Positions 13,001-26,123 of a stretch of DNA of 64,000 nt are shown piece after piece. The notes under the pieces were generated by a model. It did no database searches, was not told where the DNA came from, and saw nothing but the letters and a program-made list of their open reading frames with translations. Origin of the DNA: Oopsacas minuta. Lineage: Eukaryota; Animalia; Porifera. The DNA lies in the NCBI GenBank assembly GCA_024704765.1, contig JAKMXF010000222.1, positions 1,756,405 to 1,820,404 of the forward strand, in the 5' to 3' direction. The translations under genes were made by a program, and so were the position numbers. Within the stretch, counting starts at the first letter, position 1. Every line of letters begins with the position of its first letter.

Positions 13001-13634
13001 GTAGGCGCTTATTTAGGGAAATATGCTGGTTTACCAGTCTATGAGAATATAATTGTAGAAGCTTAATTACACATAATCGTTAATAATTTGTATATTACAG
13101 AAGAACTCGTTAATACGTACACCAAGGGACCGTTGAGATTTGTATTCCTTATCCGGAGTAAAACAATTGAATATCCATTGTACGGACTATAATTATGTAA
13201 AATTCTGTTCGTAATAAAAGTGTTCGTATTTACGAGGTTTCACTGTATTAAACAAAAAACAAATGCGTGACTTTGGTTTTGTTTTTCCTAATCAACAAAA
13301 CTCAAATAATTCATTAGAATTGTGACAGCAAATATTATAATCTAAATAATATGATAATTACACTTATTTATTTGAAATATCTCATAGCCTCTTTTTGTTA
13401 TTATATTGTTTAAAAGTCAATTAATTGCATATAATATGTCTAGCAAACCCTTAATCTACTCTAGACCGTAATAAGGTTTGTAGGTTGAACAGGTTTGATC
13501 ATGCATAAACTCATATTGTTAATCAAATTATATTATAATAATATTCATTTTAATAACATGATAACTAGCTTACATTTGGAAAAGTTGAGAGGATTGGGTT
13601 TGTAGCTTAGGAGAGGAATGCTGGGTACTTCCAT
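7016..13634 (-). CDS. ETS transcription factor, ERG/FLI/FEV-like, no PNT domain detected
   Basis: Exons 13634-13574 ([23 protein letters not shown]; less certain), 9203-8340 and 7683-7016, all joined in phase 1. ETS domain [14 protein letters not shown]...[55 protein letters not shown] is closest to the ERG-type consensus ([17 protein letters not shown]). Confidence 0.85.
10600..11330 (+). pseudogene. Possible very decayed LTR-retrotransposon pol remnant
   Basis: Stop-interrupted frames [15 protein letters not shown] (cf. FEIEY.KG.N..ADYLSR), DQDLKEI and SGIHLGAK. Weak similarity only. Confidence 0.25.
11336..11486 (+). mobile_element. LTR-like segment (TG...CA, 151 bp)
   Basis: 8-bp terminal inverted repeat TGTAGTTA...TAACTACA and an internal TATAAATAG. 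No TSD, PBS or PPT found. Confidence 0.3.
13098..13245. mobile_element. Tc1/mariner-pogo (Tigger-like) MITE
   Basis: TA|CAGAAGAACTCGTTAATACG ... CGTATTTACGAGGTTTCACTG|TA; related to 18203-18345. Confidence 0.65.
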
Positions 13635-14539
13635 CAATAGGTTTGTGTAATGATATGTTCGGAATTATATTCGAATACTTCCTTGCGATTCTCTACAGAT
13701 GCTTTTATAGGTTGGCTGATTACCAGTCTATATGATAGAGTAAAGTTAATGATAAGCGGAACAATGAAACAGGATATCATTAGACATACTCACTAAGTGA
13801 TTATTTCCTAATTAATAATATAATAGATATAGTCAGTGGCAGAACAATGAACGCAATTGTTAATGTATGTATGAAGATAGACAGGATGTTAACATTAACT
13901 GACTAGTGGACATAATTTAGAGGGATTTATAAGCATAATCATAAGATATATTACACTGTTATGACATCAGAACAATAATTAATTAAGGAAGTAGAATATC
14001 TGAAAGTATACTTAAATAACCGAGTTCCGTTATAACTATTGCATAATACTTAAAACAATCCAAATGTAAGAGGGTTGTAAGAATAAATAAATATCAAATT
14101 GTGTTGGCAAATGCTTGTATACAAGAAAATTATTTCAAAGTATTGTGTAATTGATGGAATAGATTCATGTTAGGAATTACATGCTACTATCCGTACTGTT
14201 TATTGTATTGTATTCGCAATATTTATCGGGGATTATTATAATGGTTGCAAAATTGATAAGATTATGTGTATTTATTACTTTAATAGTCTAAACATGTCAA
14301 TCACTGTATTAGGATTGTTCTAGTAGTTTATTTATATGTCGGCGAGAATGTACATTTTAGCAAAGTAGATTGAATTTTAGTTATCTGGCTAGACATTTAA
14401 TAGCGTCAAAATCGAATTCTATGTCCCTGTTTACCCCTATTTAATAAGTGGAAGCTAATCTCTAGGATATTTTTAAAGGTTCATCAAAAGGTGTGGAAAT
14501 ATGATTAATCATATGATAAATCAATGTGTATGATATAGA

Positions 14540-14655
14540 CGAGCCTTGGCCCGTCGCTTCGCGATGAACTCGCCGCATTGCGCATCGAGGTATTTAACGG
14601 ACAAACAAACAAACATACAAACAAACAGACAATCATTGAGATTTAATAATATAGA
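14540..14655 (-). mobile_element. Minimal mini-Helitron (116 bp)
   Basis: Minus strand reads A|TCTATATTATTAAATCTCAA, a (GTTT)n tract, a GC-rich segment, then CTCG|T. Confidence 0.7.
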
Positions 14656-15399
14656 TTGATAGAATGTATTGACCAATAGAATTGTAGTCTACATCAATAC
14701 AAATACTTCACAGCACTAATTAGATTACATACACTCCACCAGAACTATTTTAAGCATTTATGCCTAATAGCACAATCTGATGGGGCTAAATACAGAGGTG
14801 TCAAAAAAGTGTAAAATATATTCTCAAATGTCAGGTGCACAATTAGATGTCACTATGATTTCGACCTGAATAATTAATTCATAATCTGGCTAAAAGGAAA
14901 TTGAAAAAAATGTTGTGTCATGAATACTTTCTTGTCTTACAATATTTTACACTTCCATACCAACCTGGAACTTGAACTATTCCCAATTCTTGCAAATAAA
15001 GTTGAAATAAATGCAGCTTATGCTCACACAATTTATAAGAAAAAATGATTGACCAAAATACAAATATTCCATATTATATCGATTCTATAACAAATATTTT
15101 ACCATTAAATGAAATGCTACAAGAGCCCAGTAGAATAGTAGAGCCAATTATCAGCTCAGACAAAGTATGAAGTCAGTGCAATCATGCGAAAATATTTTGT
15201 TATAATAAAGGAAATCAGCAAATTTAAATTCAAGTATATATTCTGCATTATTACAAATTTACAACCCAAATATCAACAGAGATTGGTTGGTGTAACACAC
15301 ACTAATAATTTCTGTAATACAGTTAGATATGAATTATTAAAGGAAAGTGGAAACCGCCTATTAGCAACTTTTACATGGACATAGAGTACAGTTTGGTAT

Positions 15400-16620
15400 G
15401 GGAATTGTGTACAAAATAGCAAAAATTCGCGATTAGCTAAGAAAATTCTTGCAAAATACGACTTACTATTAGGCGTTCCACTGTATTCTGAATTATTTGA
15501 ATATATTTATGCTATCGAAAGTTCAGGTGAACAGAAAGATCTTCGGGAAATGGTTAAGTTGTTAGAGAATTATGCAAACAGCCATATCTGAATCGCAAGA
15601 CCGCAGGAATAAGTCTTACGATAAAATACCATGAAAAATGCTCGCTTTTCCATATAGGTATTATAACACTGAAGTGGAAATTTTTGCTATCAGTAATTCT
15701 CAGAGAAATATAAATAAAGGCTCACAGACTGGATAAATATGAAAGATATACCACAAGTACTTCCGAGTCATATGTTCACTAGACTGAAATAAGGATTACG
15801 TAACTAGCACTATATTTGGAAATGAGTTGTAATTACAAGAATTTAGTAATAGTGAATTATTCCTATATTTCTACCATGAAATGATGGGTAGCTGACCAAT
15901 CGTAGAGGAACTCAGTGAGAAAGTAATTGCATATGTCAGGGTAAGGTACTGAATCACTGGCAAGCTGTATTCGTGGAAATAACTACGAGAATAATCTACT
16001 AACATTGATGTTACTTTCTCGCTTGTTCATATGGTATTACGATAACTAGCTCGTGATAGGAAATGTGGAAATTCCTCAGTTGCTCTTCACCATACTACCA
16101 TGTTGATTCTTAAACAATGTAGTTCAAAGAGATTAAACTAAACAAAATTACAAATAATCAATCAGGCAGCCCCTTAATATATTCGAAATACAAAGAATTA
16201 CTATGAGAAAGGACCAGTAAGGCTCAGATATAGACAGGGAAGAGCAACATACAGATTACCACATAGTATTGTAATTATCCTGATTTGATACTACGATAGA
16301 GTATATTTGATAATAGATAGGACAATTATTAGCAGAATTGAAAATCCAGTAAACTCACTTGAATCTGAGATAAATTGTAGTGAAAGTTGAATCTTTATTG
16401 AAGGATATAGAAGGTTAAATTGTGTCAAGCAAATTTATAAAGTTAACTGCATTACATTCAACAATATCTCCTTTATAGAAATCTATGAATTCCTAAACTG
16501 GAATGAATCTTACCTAGTGCAATAATTTGCCTCAAACTTAAGTTATAGAGACTCCATAAACAATGCCTGAATGCTTCCGTTATCATTTGAATGAGCTTAT
16601 ATTCAAGACTATGATACCGT
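15400..16620 (+). pseudogene. Possible decayed hAT (ZMYM1-like) transposase
   Basis: Fragments ESSGEQKDLREMVKLLENY (cf. ESSNNKGNFRELVKLLA.Y) and IY*H*CY (cf. IYVHCYAHRLNL). Many stops. Confidence 0.3.
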
Positions 16621-18202
16621 AGAGTGTAATACTTCTACCAGTGGAAGCAATGACCGTCTGTCTGAATAAGAAGTAATTCTTCCTTCATAGGATGCATACT
16701 AACTGGTGAGTTAGTAAATAAAGTGAATGAATAGCAATATCCACTGTTATCTAAAGCTGTGAAATTTGGGCATGAGAGAGTACTCAACGATATGAAGAAT
16801 GGTATACGTGTAGTTGGAATACACAACTACCCGTACACCATTCTCCATTTAGTTTTTGAAATCGTACAAATATGAATGGTAATTCTCAGTCTAAAGTAGA
16901 AAAGAATTTCATTCATTCAGTAGTGCATTCATTTTAATGTCTATTTCATTCATTAATAGAATATGAATTATTAAATAATATACAATGAATTGTCTAAACT
17001 TCATTAGAATCATTTCTTACTGCCAATAATCTAGTCTACTTTTCGACATACCATGTTTGTGTACAGTGACTTTCGAATATAATTATTGTGTGATTATTGT
17101 AAACTGTACAACGTTTGTGTACAAATCTGAATGGCGGAACTTTCCTCCTGTAGCTCGAATAGTACGTAAAATACGCTGGACCAACATCCAAGGTACAAAT
17201 GTCTCCCTCCGCGTACTATTCTGACATCATCAATAATAAACAGACAGAATTATCATACAGGTTAGTTCATTTGAGTACTAGGTTAATTTAACAGTGACAA
17301 ATACTACAGATAGATACAATACAATAAGCATGTGACAAGATCTGATGTGAGAGCTTCTCCAATATGTCTATAGTGTATACTGATATTTTGATTTTGAGGT
17401 AGGGAAATATTAAGAAATCGCAAATTGTAAAAGAGCTATCGTATACGTAGTAGACCCATAATTTTCCTATTTCTCTACGATCAAATTTCCCGATGAAATT
17501 TACATATTTGAACACAGAAGAGAATTTATGACGTAAGCAAATAAAATAAAGGGAAATCGTATTTTTTCGAGAATCACAAATGAATTTTGGCAGTACGTAA
17601 GAATAGGAGGATCTACATGAGAAATAGTACTAAATATCATGTCTGTAAGCGAGACATGACATTTAATACTATTTCTCTTCATTTCCTCGAATTATTTACT
17701 GTTCCTATGTTGGATTGTCGAACCATTACTTCTCAATCAGTTACACCCAAGTTTTCCTGTTTATACATCTATATATTAGTTGTAAAGAATTAAACTTCAC
17801 GGCCGATACGCCCCCTCCCGAAGGGGTACGACTTATCCGAGTTCTGCTGTATACAACGGCTTATGGAAACAAAAATCAAATCATTTAGTTTCGAATAGAT
17901 CTACACGACCTCAATAATTATTATCATCAAACTCGATACAGATCTAATAAATTATATCAATAATACAATATTGTATAGTAATTTGTATTTAGAGGGTTTA
18001 GGTAGCTAATCTTAGGATGGTCTATCATGCAGGAAATGGTGAGTCACATAATAGATAAGATGTGATTACAATATTTCTACAGAATTTCTATATGTTATAC
18101 ATAGAATAGCATTAATAGTTATATAAATCGTGATTCTTAGATTATGTATCTAACTTGTAACGATTCGTGTTTGGTTAAGGTTAAGAAGAAGGATGGCATA
18201 TA

Positions 18203-18345
18203 CAGTCGAAGCTCGTTAATACCTACAAATTTCTGGATAAGACTACAGTAGATATCCAATTGGTATTACTCCGGTTAATACCAACTCCGGATAATGCGAA
18301 CAAATCTAACCGTCCGTTGCTGTTCGTATTAACGAGGTTCCACTG
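18203..18345. mobile_element. Tc1/mariner-pogo MITE (143 bp)
   Basis: TIRs CAGTCGAAGCTCGTTAATAC / GTATTAACGAGGTTCCACTG with a TA target duplication on both sides. Confidence 0.8.
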
Positions 18346-18517
18346 TAACTAGATTTATGACATTGAACTGAAAGTACAGAAATAATCTACTATATTTTGA
18401 ATACGAGTATGAAGTTAGCAGCGCGCTGCAGCAGCAAGTTATAGGCATGACTTATCGCATTATATCTCAGTTACCTCTTGGTTAATCGAGATGAAATCTC
18501 GTATGTAGCATTGTCTC

Positions 18518-18735
18518 GTGTGGGGCTTTTCTCATATTCAATAATTAATCTCGATCACACCCATTCTTCACACAATGACGTTGCAAATTTTGTAATACAA
18601 AATCCCCATAGGGAATTTTGAGCACAACTTAACACCTATTATCAGTCAATTTTCCATCAATTCACCTGAAATCTGTTGAGTACTTCAGTCAGGTGTGAGG
18701 CTTTTCTCACATTCAATAATTAATCACGATCACAC
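18518..18735. repeat. 43-bp direct repeat pair, 175-bp offset
   Basis: GTGTG(G/A)GGCTTTTCTCA(T/C)ATTCAATAATTAATC(T/A)CGATCACAC at 18518-18560 and 18693-18735. Confidence 0.85.
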
Positions 18736-19229
18736 ATAAATCGGAGAAATTTACAATCAATCCTGGAAGAACAATCTATTATGATTTCACAAATTTAATT
18801 ATAAGAAGTTAGATTAATGGAATTATCAGTTATTTAAATAACTGATACATTAATTAATAAGATTAATCAAGCATTAAATTAAAACTTACACGGAAAATAG
18901 TATGCATTCTTGTATTGATAATAGGAAATGCTAAATAAAGAATCAGCTAAAGGTTTCAGTAGAATAAAGTTCAAAATTATCGCATTATTTCGGAGAGAAC
19001 AAGCTTCTCTATGTGATTAATTAATCATGCTATTAATTAATGTATCCGTTATATCTATCAGTTATACTAAGTGCAATCAAGCTATCGAATCGTGGCACAC
19101 TTTGAGCACAAATCATATAGGGAAAGGCCCTGATAGCATGGAAAATGTGTGATGTCTGTACTCCTGTGGGGGTGCTGAGAGATCTAGCATAACGAATATT
19201 AAAATGATAATTGGTACTTAGGTTCTATT

Positions 19230-19490
19230 AGGGGTGCAGATTTGCACCTGGTGTATGAATTTCGAAAGTGAAATTTTCATACCTTTTTGGTGATTAATCA
19301 TGTTCTCACCTTTCTATGTTAAATCGTGACATGGTAAAATAAAAAAAGATTAGCTTCCAAAGCCTCTTCAGGAGTAATTGGTATGTAGAAGCCAATCCTG
19401 GGTTCACATATTGTTTATACACATATTTATCATATGATTAATCATATTTTCACGCCTTTGGGCGTATAAATAAAAATGATACTAGAGATT
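19230..19490 (+). mobile_element. Copy of the TGATTAATCATA element family
   Basis: Homology blocks shared with 2590-2830 and 34420-34670. Confidence 0.55.
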
Positions 19491-20002
19491 TCATTGCACG
19501 AATAGTCAGGACAATAAATTCGAAAATAAATTCTGAAATAACTCGATGAGTGAAATTCTATCAAAGAAAATTTAGAATGGTAAATAGAATATGAACAATA
19601 AACTGCCTCCATTTCTAGCATTCTTGAGGGAAAAACACCACCTATACTAATTATCTAAACGAGATATAACAGGCTTCTTCATTATTAGTAATCAATATAC
19701 TAATCACCTACATGTTGTATGGCTTTGGGGCCTCTTGAAGCTGATAGAAAGTTATTTGAAATCAGCCTCCAAATACTGGAGAAACAGTCATATCTGACAA
19801 GACGATATTCTGTCATCTTTCAGAGATGTGTTAGCACTCTTCTTAGATATTTGTTCTATAAGGGTAACACTCCTACCTCGAGGATGATTAAATTTGATCT
19901 TGGCCACGTATGGTGGTCATTTGAATTGAATAGACTGTACAGTACTGTATAGCTTGGTTAGTTCTACCTTGGATAAGAAGTTATTTAAGTTCATTAATGA
20001 AT

Positions 20003-20155
20003 AGTCAACTCAGTTATATCGAAATACCCACTCATATCGAAGTTATAAATTGTACAAATAAATTATCCAAACAGTCAAAGTAACTTATATTCCATCGGTT
20101 ATATAGAAGTAATTATCACGGTCTTTTGAGCTTGGATATGACGAGATTTGGCTGT
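20003..20155. mobile_element. Degenerate pogo-type MITE
   Basis: TAGTCAACTCAGTTATATCGAA ... GATATGACGAGATTTGGCTG|TA. Confidence 0.45.
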
Positions 20156-20688
20156 AGCTTTAATAAGTACTACCATAGCTATTCACATTATAAATCTACG
20201 TATAATAATACTATTTAGGTATATTCCATTGGTTAGTAAACAGGTATATATTAACCAATTCTATTCCTGTAATCATTATGTGATTATTTGTGTTACGAGC
20301 CGAAGGGAATTAAAAGATTTAAACTCATTATTCGAGTAAATACCATATGCTAAAATACAAGCTATCCTGGAATCTTAGCGTATTACGATAGCAGTAAGTA
20401 ACAATAACCTCAGGGGACTAGTGACTATACATATTAATAAATATTACTCAATATCACATACACAAGTCCAGCATTATTTCATGACCAACTCAACAAGTCA
20501 ACCATTTCAGATGGAAATGATTATAGAGAGTTAACACTTAGTAAAATATAGAAAATACAAGGTAATAGATTGTATACAAATCAGATTCTAACGCATTAAA
20601 AGGAACAAAACACCAATGGTCGTAGCTTAATGACGTGAGTATGTGATATGACATGATGCGGATGTGAAGAGATATTGGAAGGGGACAG

Positions 20689-23600
20689 CTATTGAAAGTA
20701 AAATCCATGGTTAGGACTAACGACTGAATGGTGAAGAGAAGCCGGAGAGTTTAAAGGACTCAAACTGAAATTAGTTGGAGCTGACTCATTTATTTGTATT
20801 TGGTTATGAACAACTGTAGGAGAAGACGGATAAGCTATAGGGGAGGGAGGATAATGGTTAGGATACGAATAAGGTGTAGGAGAAGGACAGAATAGAGTTG
20901 GAGAGGGGCAAAATGTAGAAGGAGATCCTCGAGAGATGAGATACTCAGGGGTGAATGTAAAAGCTGGTTCAGCTGATATTGAAGAGGGGGGATGTGAATG
21001 TACAGGAGAGTGTACCAGCTCACTCTCTCCTTTCAACTTCAGAATTAACTCCTCAAACGGACACCCAACATGTCTCTGTACATCACATACAAATCTGTAC
21101 ACATATCTCTTGCCAGGAACTTTATGGATAATATTCTTATCGTAATAGTAACGAAGACCTCTACTTAATTTCTCATAATTCATTTTTGGTTTGTTTTTCC
21201 GTTGTCCCCACTTCTTGGCAACCTCCTCAGGGTTAACTAGTTTGAATTCCCATTCTTTATCGGTCCAGTGAATAAATGATTGACATTTAGAGTCCAATAA
21301 GAGTTCTAGAAGAAACTGCCATAACTGAATGGGGCCGCATCCTACAAAATTGGATATATAATAAACAACAACAAAATAACAAATACTCGTACAAGCGTTT
21401 GCTGGTATATTAAGAATAGTCGCTACCAACGCATCCCTGGCCATAATCCTCCAGTCATTGGGTGCTATGTAGTGGTTGTATTGGCTACATATTATTATTG
21501 GAGTGCTATGCACCCTGGCACCCATAAGATCATGTCAATGGCAGCTACAAGAGTATATATAGTATGTGTTCTTTATTAATCGTATTCAGATTTATTTATA
21601 TCCTGGGATGGTGATCGCGATCGGATCTAGAACGCTGTGTTCAAATTTCTCATCAAAACATGACACAATGGACAAGTATAATATCACTGGACCAACACGA
21701 ATCCTCGATCCTAATACAACACGAAGTTGTTGTTTGTGGTGTATTTCGCTCACCTCTAATCGGATAAATAGTACGAAAGTTACGACACAATTGGAGCATT
21801 GACTGTATTGAGTTGTAAATATGTGTCAACCTCATAGATAAGGATATAACTAAATTATATAATGTAGTTGGTAGAGGGCTATATAGTCATATGGATAAAC
21901 GTACGTACATGGAAACTGAAAGTCATTCACTAATTGACCAAAACTTATGCCTCCAACTATAGAAAAATATGCCAATAAAAAGTCAATCAGCTGGTTAGAT
22001 TCAAACAGTGTATCTCGACCTTTTTCGAACTGCGGAAAACTAATTATACCAAAAATTTTTAAACCATAAATGTCAAGTGTGAATCAACTTTAGTAATACC
22101 GCTGTAAACAAATTTGCCAGTGACTTTTGGGAATAATTAGTAACAAAGTTCTGAGGCACACTGGTTGAGAACCTATGGTAGGATTATAATACTTTACCTG
22201 TAGGAGAAGAATGCGGATTGAGAAGATGTAGAGTTGGAGAGGGACAAGGAGAGTGGTGCGGAGAAGCCTGTGGGGACTGCCCAGGGGTAGAAAGAGGAGT
22301 TGAGATAGGGCTCGGAGTCATTGGCGGACCACACATTTCCTGACCTGGTATATGATTGAGGCCTGTGAGATGATAGAATAATTAAACAATTAGAATTTAT
22401 TAAATTTGAAATAACTTGAGTACAATTTAAAAATAGATTCTGTCTTGCAGGATGGTTAACAACAAATCTATCTGGATGCAGGAGATTGTCTTGAGTTAAT
22501 TTTGGGTGTAGATTAGGTGAGTGTGGAGGTTCATTGTTGTCAGAGATAACCAGTGTAGGAGCTATAGAGAATAATTATTGGTAATCATAACTCCTCACAG
22601 AGTAAGGAATAAATACAATCAACTTCCGTTGTATCTAAACTTAAGGGACAACGAATTGTACTCCGATACAACCGGAGTTCGATATAAGCGAGCGTAATAT
22701 TATTATACTTAAGTACGTTGTAGCTAGGTACCATTTACCCAATTTTAAATTCTATATCAGAGGGAATTCGTATCTATCTCTGTTCGATAGAACGGGAGTT
22801 GACTGTACTATACTCAATCGAGTCAATTTTGAAATATTGTCCATGGCCTGCGGCTGATTAACTCATTTATTGATTAGTCCCGATTTAGCGGAGCTATTTA
22901 ACTAATGTCTAGTGCTGTCCTTTCCTTTATCTATATTTATCAGGTGATATGAGTAACCAGTGGACCGATTAAGCAGAGCAGGTTGTAACTAATATAGTAA
23001 ACATACGTGTTATCATGTTTGATCCAGGATTAGTCATATTCATAACATTCTCAGAGTGCCGGAGGAGGCTTGACCAATCATTTCGTGGAATAGTGTCAGT
23101 TGTTTTGTCTAAATATTATTAATTAATTAATAATAGAAAATATATCAACACATGTATTTATGTTGTCAATTAAGTTGTATTAACATATTTGAAATAATAA
23201 TTTGCTGAATCGAAATTTCAGTCATTTGAGTTAGCCACATATAAATAACACAGTATACTATCATTAATATAAACACGGGTAAGCTAAAACTCAGACTAAT
23301 GAGCACAAATTACGATGGGTCATTGTTATTGTTCTTAATAGTTCGCTATATCTTATGAAAATCTCGCAAATATTGAGCAGTGTCTTGTATGATGTATGAC
23401 GTTAAGTATTCAACGTGTTCTATAATGAACTAACATTTCTTCTTAAAAAACTGTAGTAACTGGTACATTATCTGCCATCTAGCAGCAGAATCTGGACCTA
23501 GGAGATCAAGTAGCTGGTGACCTTCTAGATGACAGAGTCGTGCTCCGTCGAAGTTAGCGAACCTCTTAATATCTGAATTGAGATTGAATTTCTGATTGCA

Positions 23601-25254
23601 CCATGCAACGAATAGCACTACTCCGTCATAACTCCACTCATATGGATCTAAATAGATAAATATATACTACTACTAGTAGATAATTACGACATACTACAGT
23701 AGAACACGGATAAGACGACCCAGAAATTGGTTCCCTCTATCTGCTATTAGCAATATACTGCATGGATGTTAGATTGAGTTTATTTTATGTTATATACAAA
23801 TCCCAACAATTTTGTGATTATCGTCACTTAATACTGCGTTGCTATAGGTTGCTAGATGGCTTGCAGCAACGTATTTAGTGACGATAATCATGGGCTTTCG
23901 GGGAATTGTATATAACATAAAATATACCAATTATATCATCCATGGTTCAATAGAATATGGGGACAAACCATAGGCTATGGCAACAACATAGTCACCCATG
24001 TCACTCATGAATATCAGTCCTGTTATGTAGTAAAATAGGTAAATTAGTACTCACTTTGTGGAATATTATGATCTTGCATGTGTCTCTCGTAATCGTTTAG
24101 TGATGTCTTTAGGATCTCTTCAACAATGTCCATGTCTTCTATAAATATTGAATAGTTATTGAATTTATAGAAAATAGTTTTATATAAATCAAATTAAAAA
24201 CACCTTCGTAATTCGGATAAATCAAAATGTTACCCAAAACTAATGTAATTCCCTCCACGACAAGGATTATATCTATTAGCTGATGAGTATTTTTAAAGAA
24301 GCTATGTTATAAATAAGCAACTAACATGTATACAGCTAATAGAAGTTTAATTTAGCATTCCTACAATTAAATACATATAATGCAGTCTCCTCCCCCTAAT
24401 GTCAAGAAAGAGATGAGAAATAACTACCTGTGTAGTTAGCTTATTTTTAGGAACCATACGGAATAACAATATTGTTTATAATAAAGAGATCGAATACTAA
24501 TGCTATGAGGATGTTTATTAGGGCCGATTGAAGAGAATGTTCATGTTAAGCAAGGTTAACACCGATCGAACTGAATATCAATATTCATGAATAACAGCCT
24601 TACAGAATACTGATACGAATACTGATTATGATCGGTTTGGTTAAACCGAATAGTGAATACGGATTATCAAAAATTAGCGACAAATTATTCGGTTGCAACC
24701 TTGATAATTATGGCGTCCAGGCGGACAACGAGCAGGACAAATTTTACGACGCCCATGGTTCTGATAAAAGTAAATACCTGGCATTACTGTACTGAATTGT
24801 TTATTATTTTGTTCTATTCCTGGATCTTCATACATATTGGAAACAATTTCTTGAGAACCGAAGTCAGATACACTACTATTCTCATTCAAATGATTACCAA
24901 CTTCTCTCAAAGTCATTCTACGGAAATTAGAAGGGAGACTCTTTGAGTTAAAGGGAGAGTACCGCTGTCTTGTCCTTTGTAACATAATGTTAGGATTAGA
25001 AATCTCATGGTTAGGAGTTGGTACTTGATAATTGAACCGGTTATCATTATCCATATTGACTTCCCAAGAAGGGTATCTATCGTGTGCAGGGGGTTGCGGA
25101 GAGGATATACCATTGCCATTGACACACTCTACAGAGGCACTTCTCTCTATCGGAATGATGTTAGGGATTTCTAGGAGGTTATTGGTAGGACTGGAATTGT
25201 AAACAACTCCATAGTTCCAAGAATTGGAACGTTTGCGAGAGAGATTGATCGGCT
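20689..25254 (-). CDS. ETS1: ETS1/ETS2 (pointed)-type transcription factor with PNT and ETS domains (first exon not located)
   Basis: Exons 25254-24778, 24138-24055, 23647-23435, 22561-~22424, ~22362-22198 and 21341-20689 (all phase 1). PNT: [25 protein letters not shown]|[36 protein letters not shown]: TG|[28 protein letters not shown]...[37 protein letters not shown], a diagnostic ETS1/2 sequence. Confidence 0.9.
22616..22805. mobile_element. pogo-type MITE in an ETS1-like intron
   Basis: TA|CAATCAACTTCCGTTGTATC ... GATAGAACGGGAGTTGACTG|TA. Confidence 0.65.
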
Positions 25255-25640
25255 CTGTTAGATAATCCAGTTTGTAAGTTGTTTCTTATAATTCGTGAAG
25301 TAGTAATTCTAGTTTGATACCAACTAAACTAAATACACAGAGAATACACAATCATAATTATAGTAGTACTTAACCAAAATGATTTCCCTATGCATTTGAG
25401 TAACTGGAGACACTAAGGATAATTTAACAACAATATATTCCGTAGAAGTCTCTAGTTTGAAAGTTATCATCCTGTGAGATAACAATTGATTAGGTAATGT
25501 GAAATTATACGATTATTGAGGGTACCCGATTATCTAGTAATGTTATATGGTGAATTAATCAATGTAAGACAAATAATTATAGAAAAGGACACATATATAA
25601 TGAGAACATTATTTCATCAACAATTAAACATGTCAAACAA

Positions 25641-26123
25641 TCTATATTATTAACTCAATTGTTGTTTGTTTGTCCGTTGTCAAGGAAAGGATTTGCGGTA
25701 TGCATTTTGAAATTGGCGCATAACTATGGATTTATCGTGTTTATCAAGGAAGTAAAAGAATTCAATATATAACTTCACTAAACATATCAAACATGCTAAA
25801 TCCGATTTTCACACTTTTGGATTAATCATATGTAAATTTATTGTTGTTTTTATGAATACAAAGTAAAGAAATTTCAAAATTGAGGTAGAAACATGCATTC
25901 AATGGTTGTACTGGGGTAATCGAGTATGCTGAGTCCAAATATGATACTGTAAACAACATTTAACAAATATTTGTTCACTTATGGGGACATAAAGTAAGCA
26001 GATTTAATGATTATGGCAGTATCATGTTTGCCACGGTTAAGTTTATGTACTTGAGGGCCTTAGGCCCGAGTGCGGACACGAAGTGTTCGCAACCGCGTAG
26101 CACGAGCAAGCGAAGCGCGCTCG
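25641..26123 (+). mobile_element. Composite mini-Helitron (483 bp)
   Basis: A|TCTATATTATTAACTCAA start and a GTTT tract. The 5' body matches 5374-5590 and the 3' body matches 6255-6475. Ends GCGAAGCGCGCTCG|T. Confidence 0.75.

Noticed and set aside
16635-16826. 63-aa ORF as a possible upstream exon of the ERG-like gene
   Set aside because: No fitting splice sites or motif; 13634-13574 fits phase and start better.
18518-18735. Spaced repeats as a CRISPR-like array (also 59089/59285)
   Set aside because: Only two units each, with spacers far too long, in a eukaryotic context with no cas genes.
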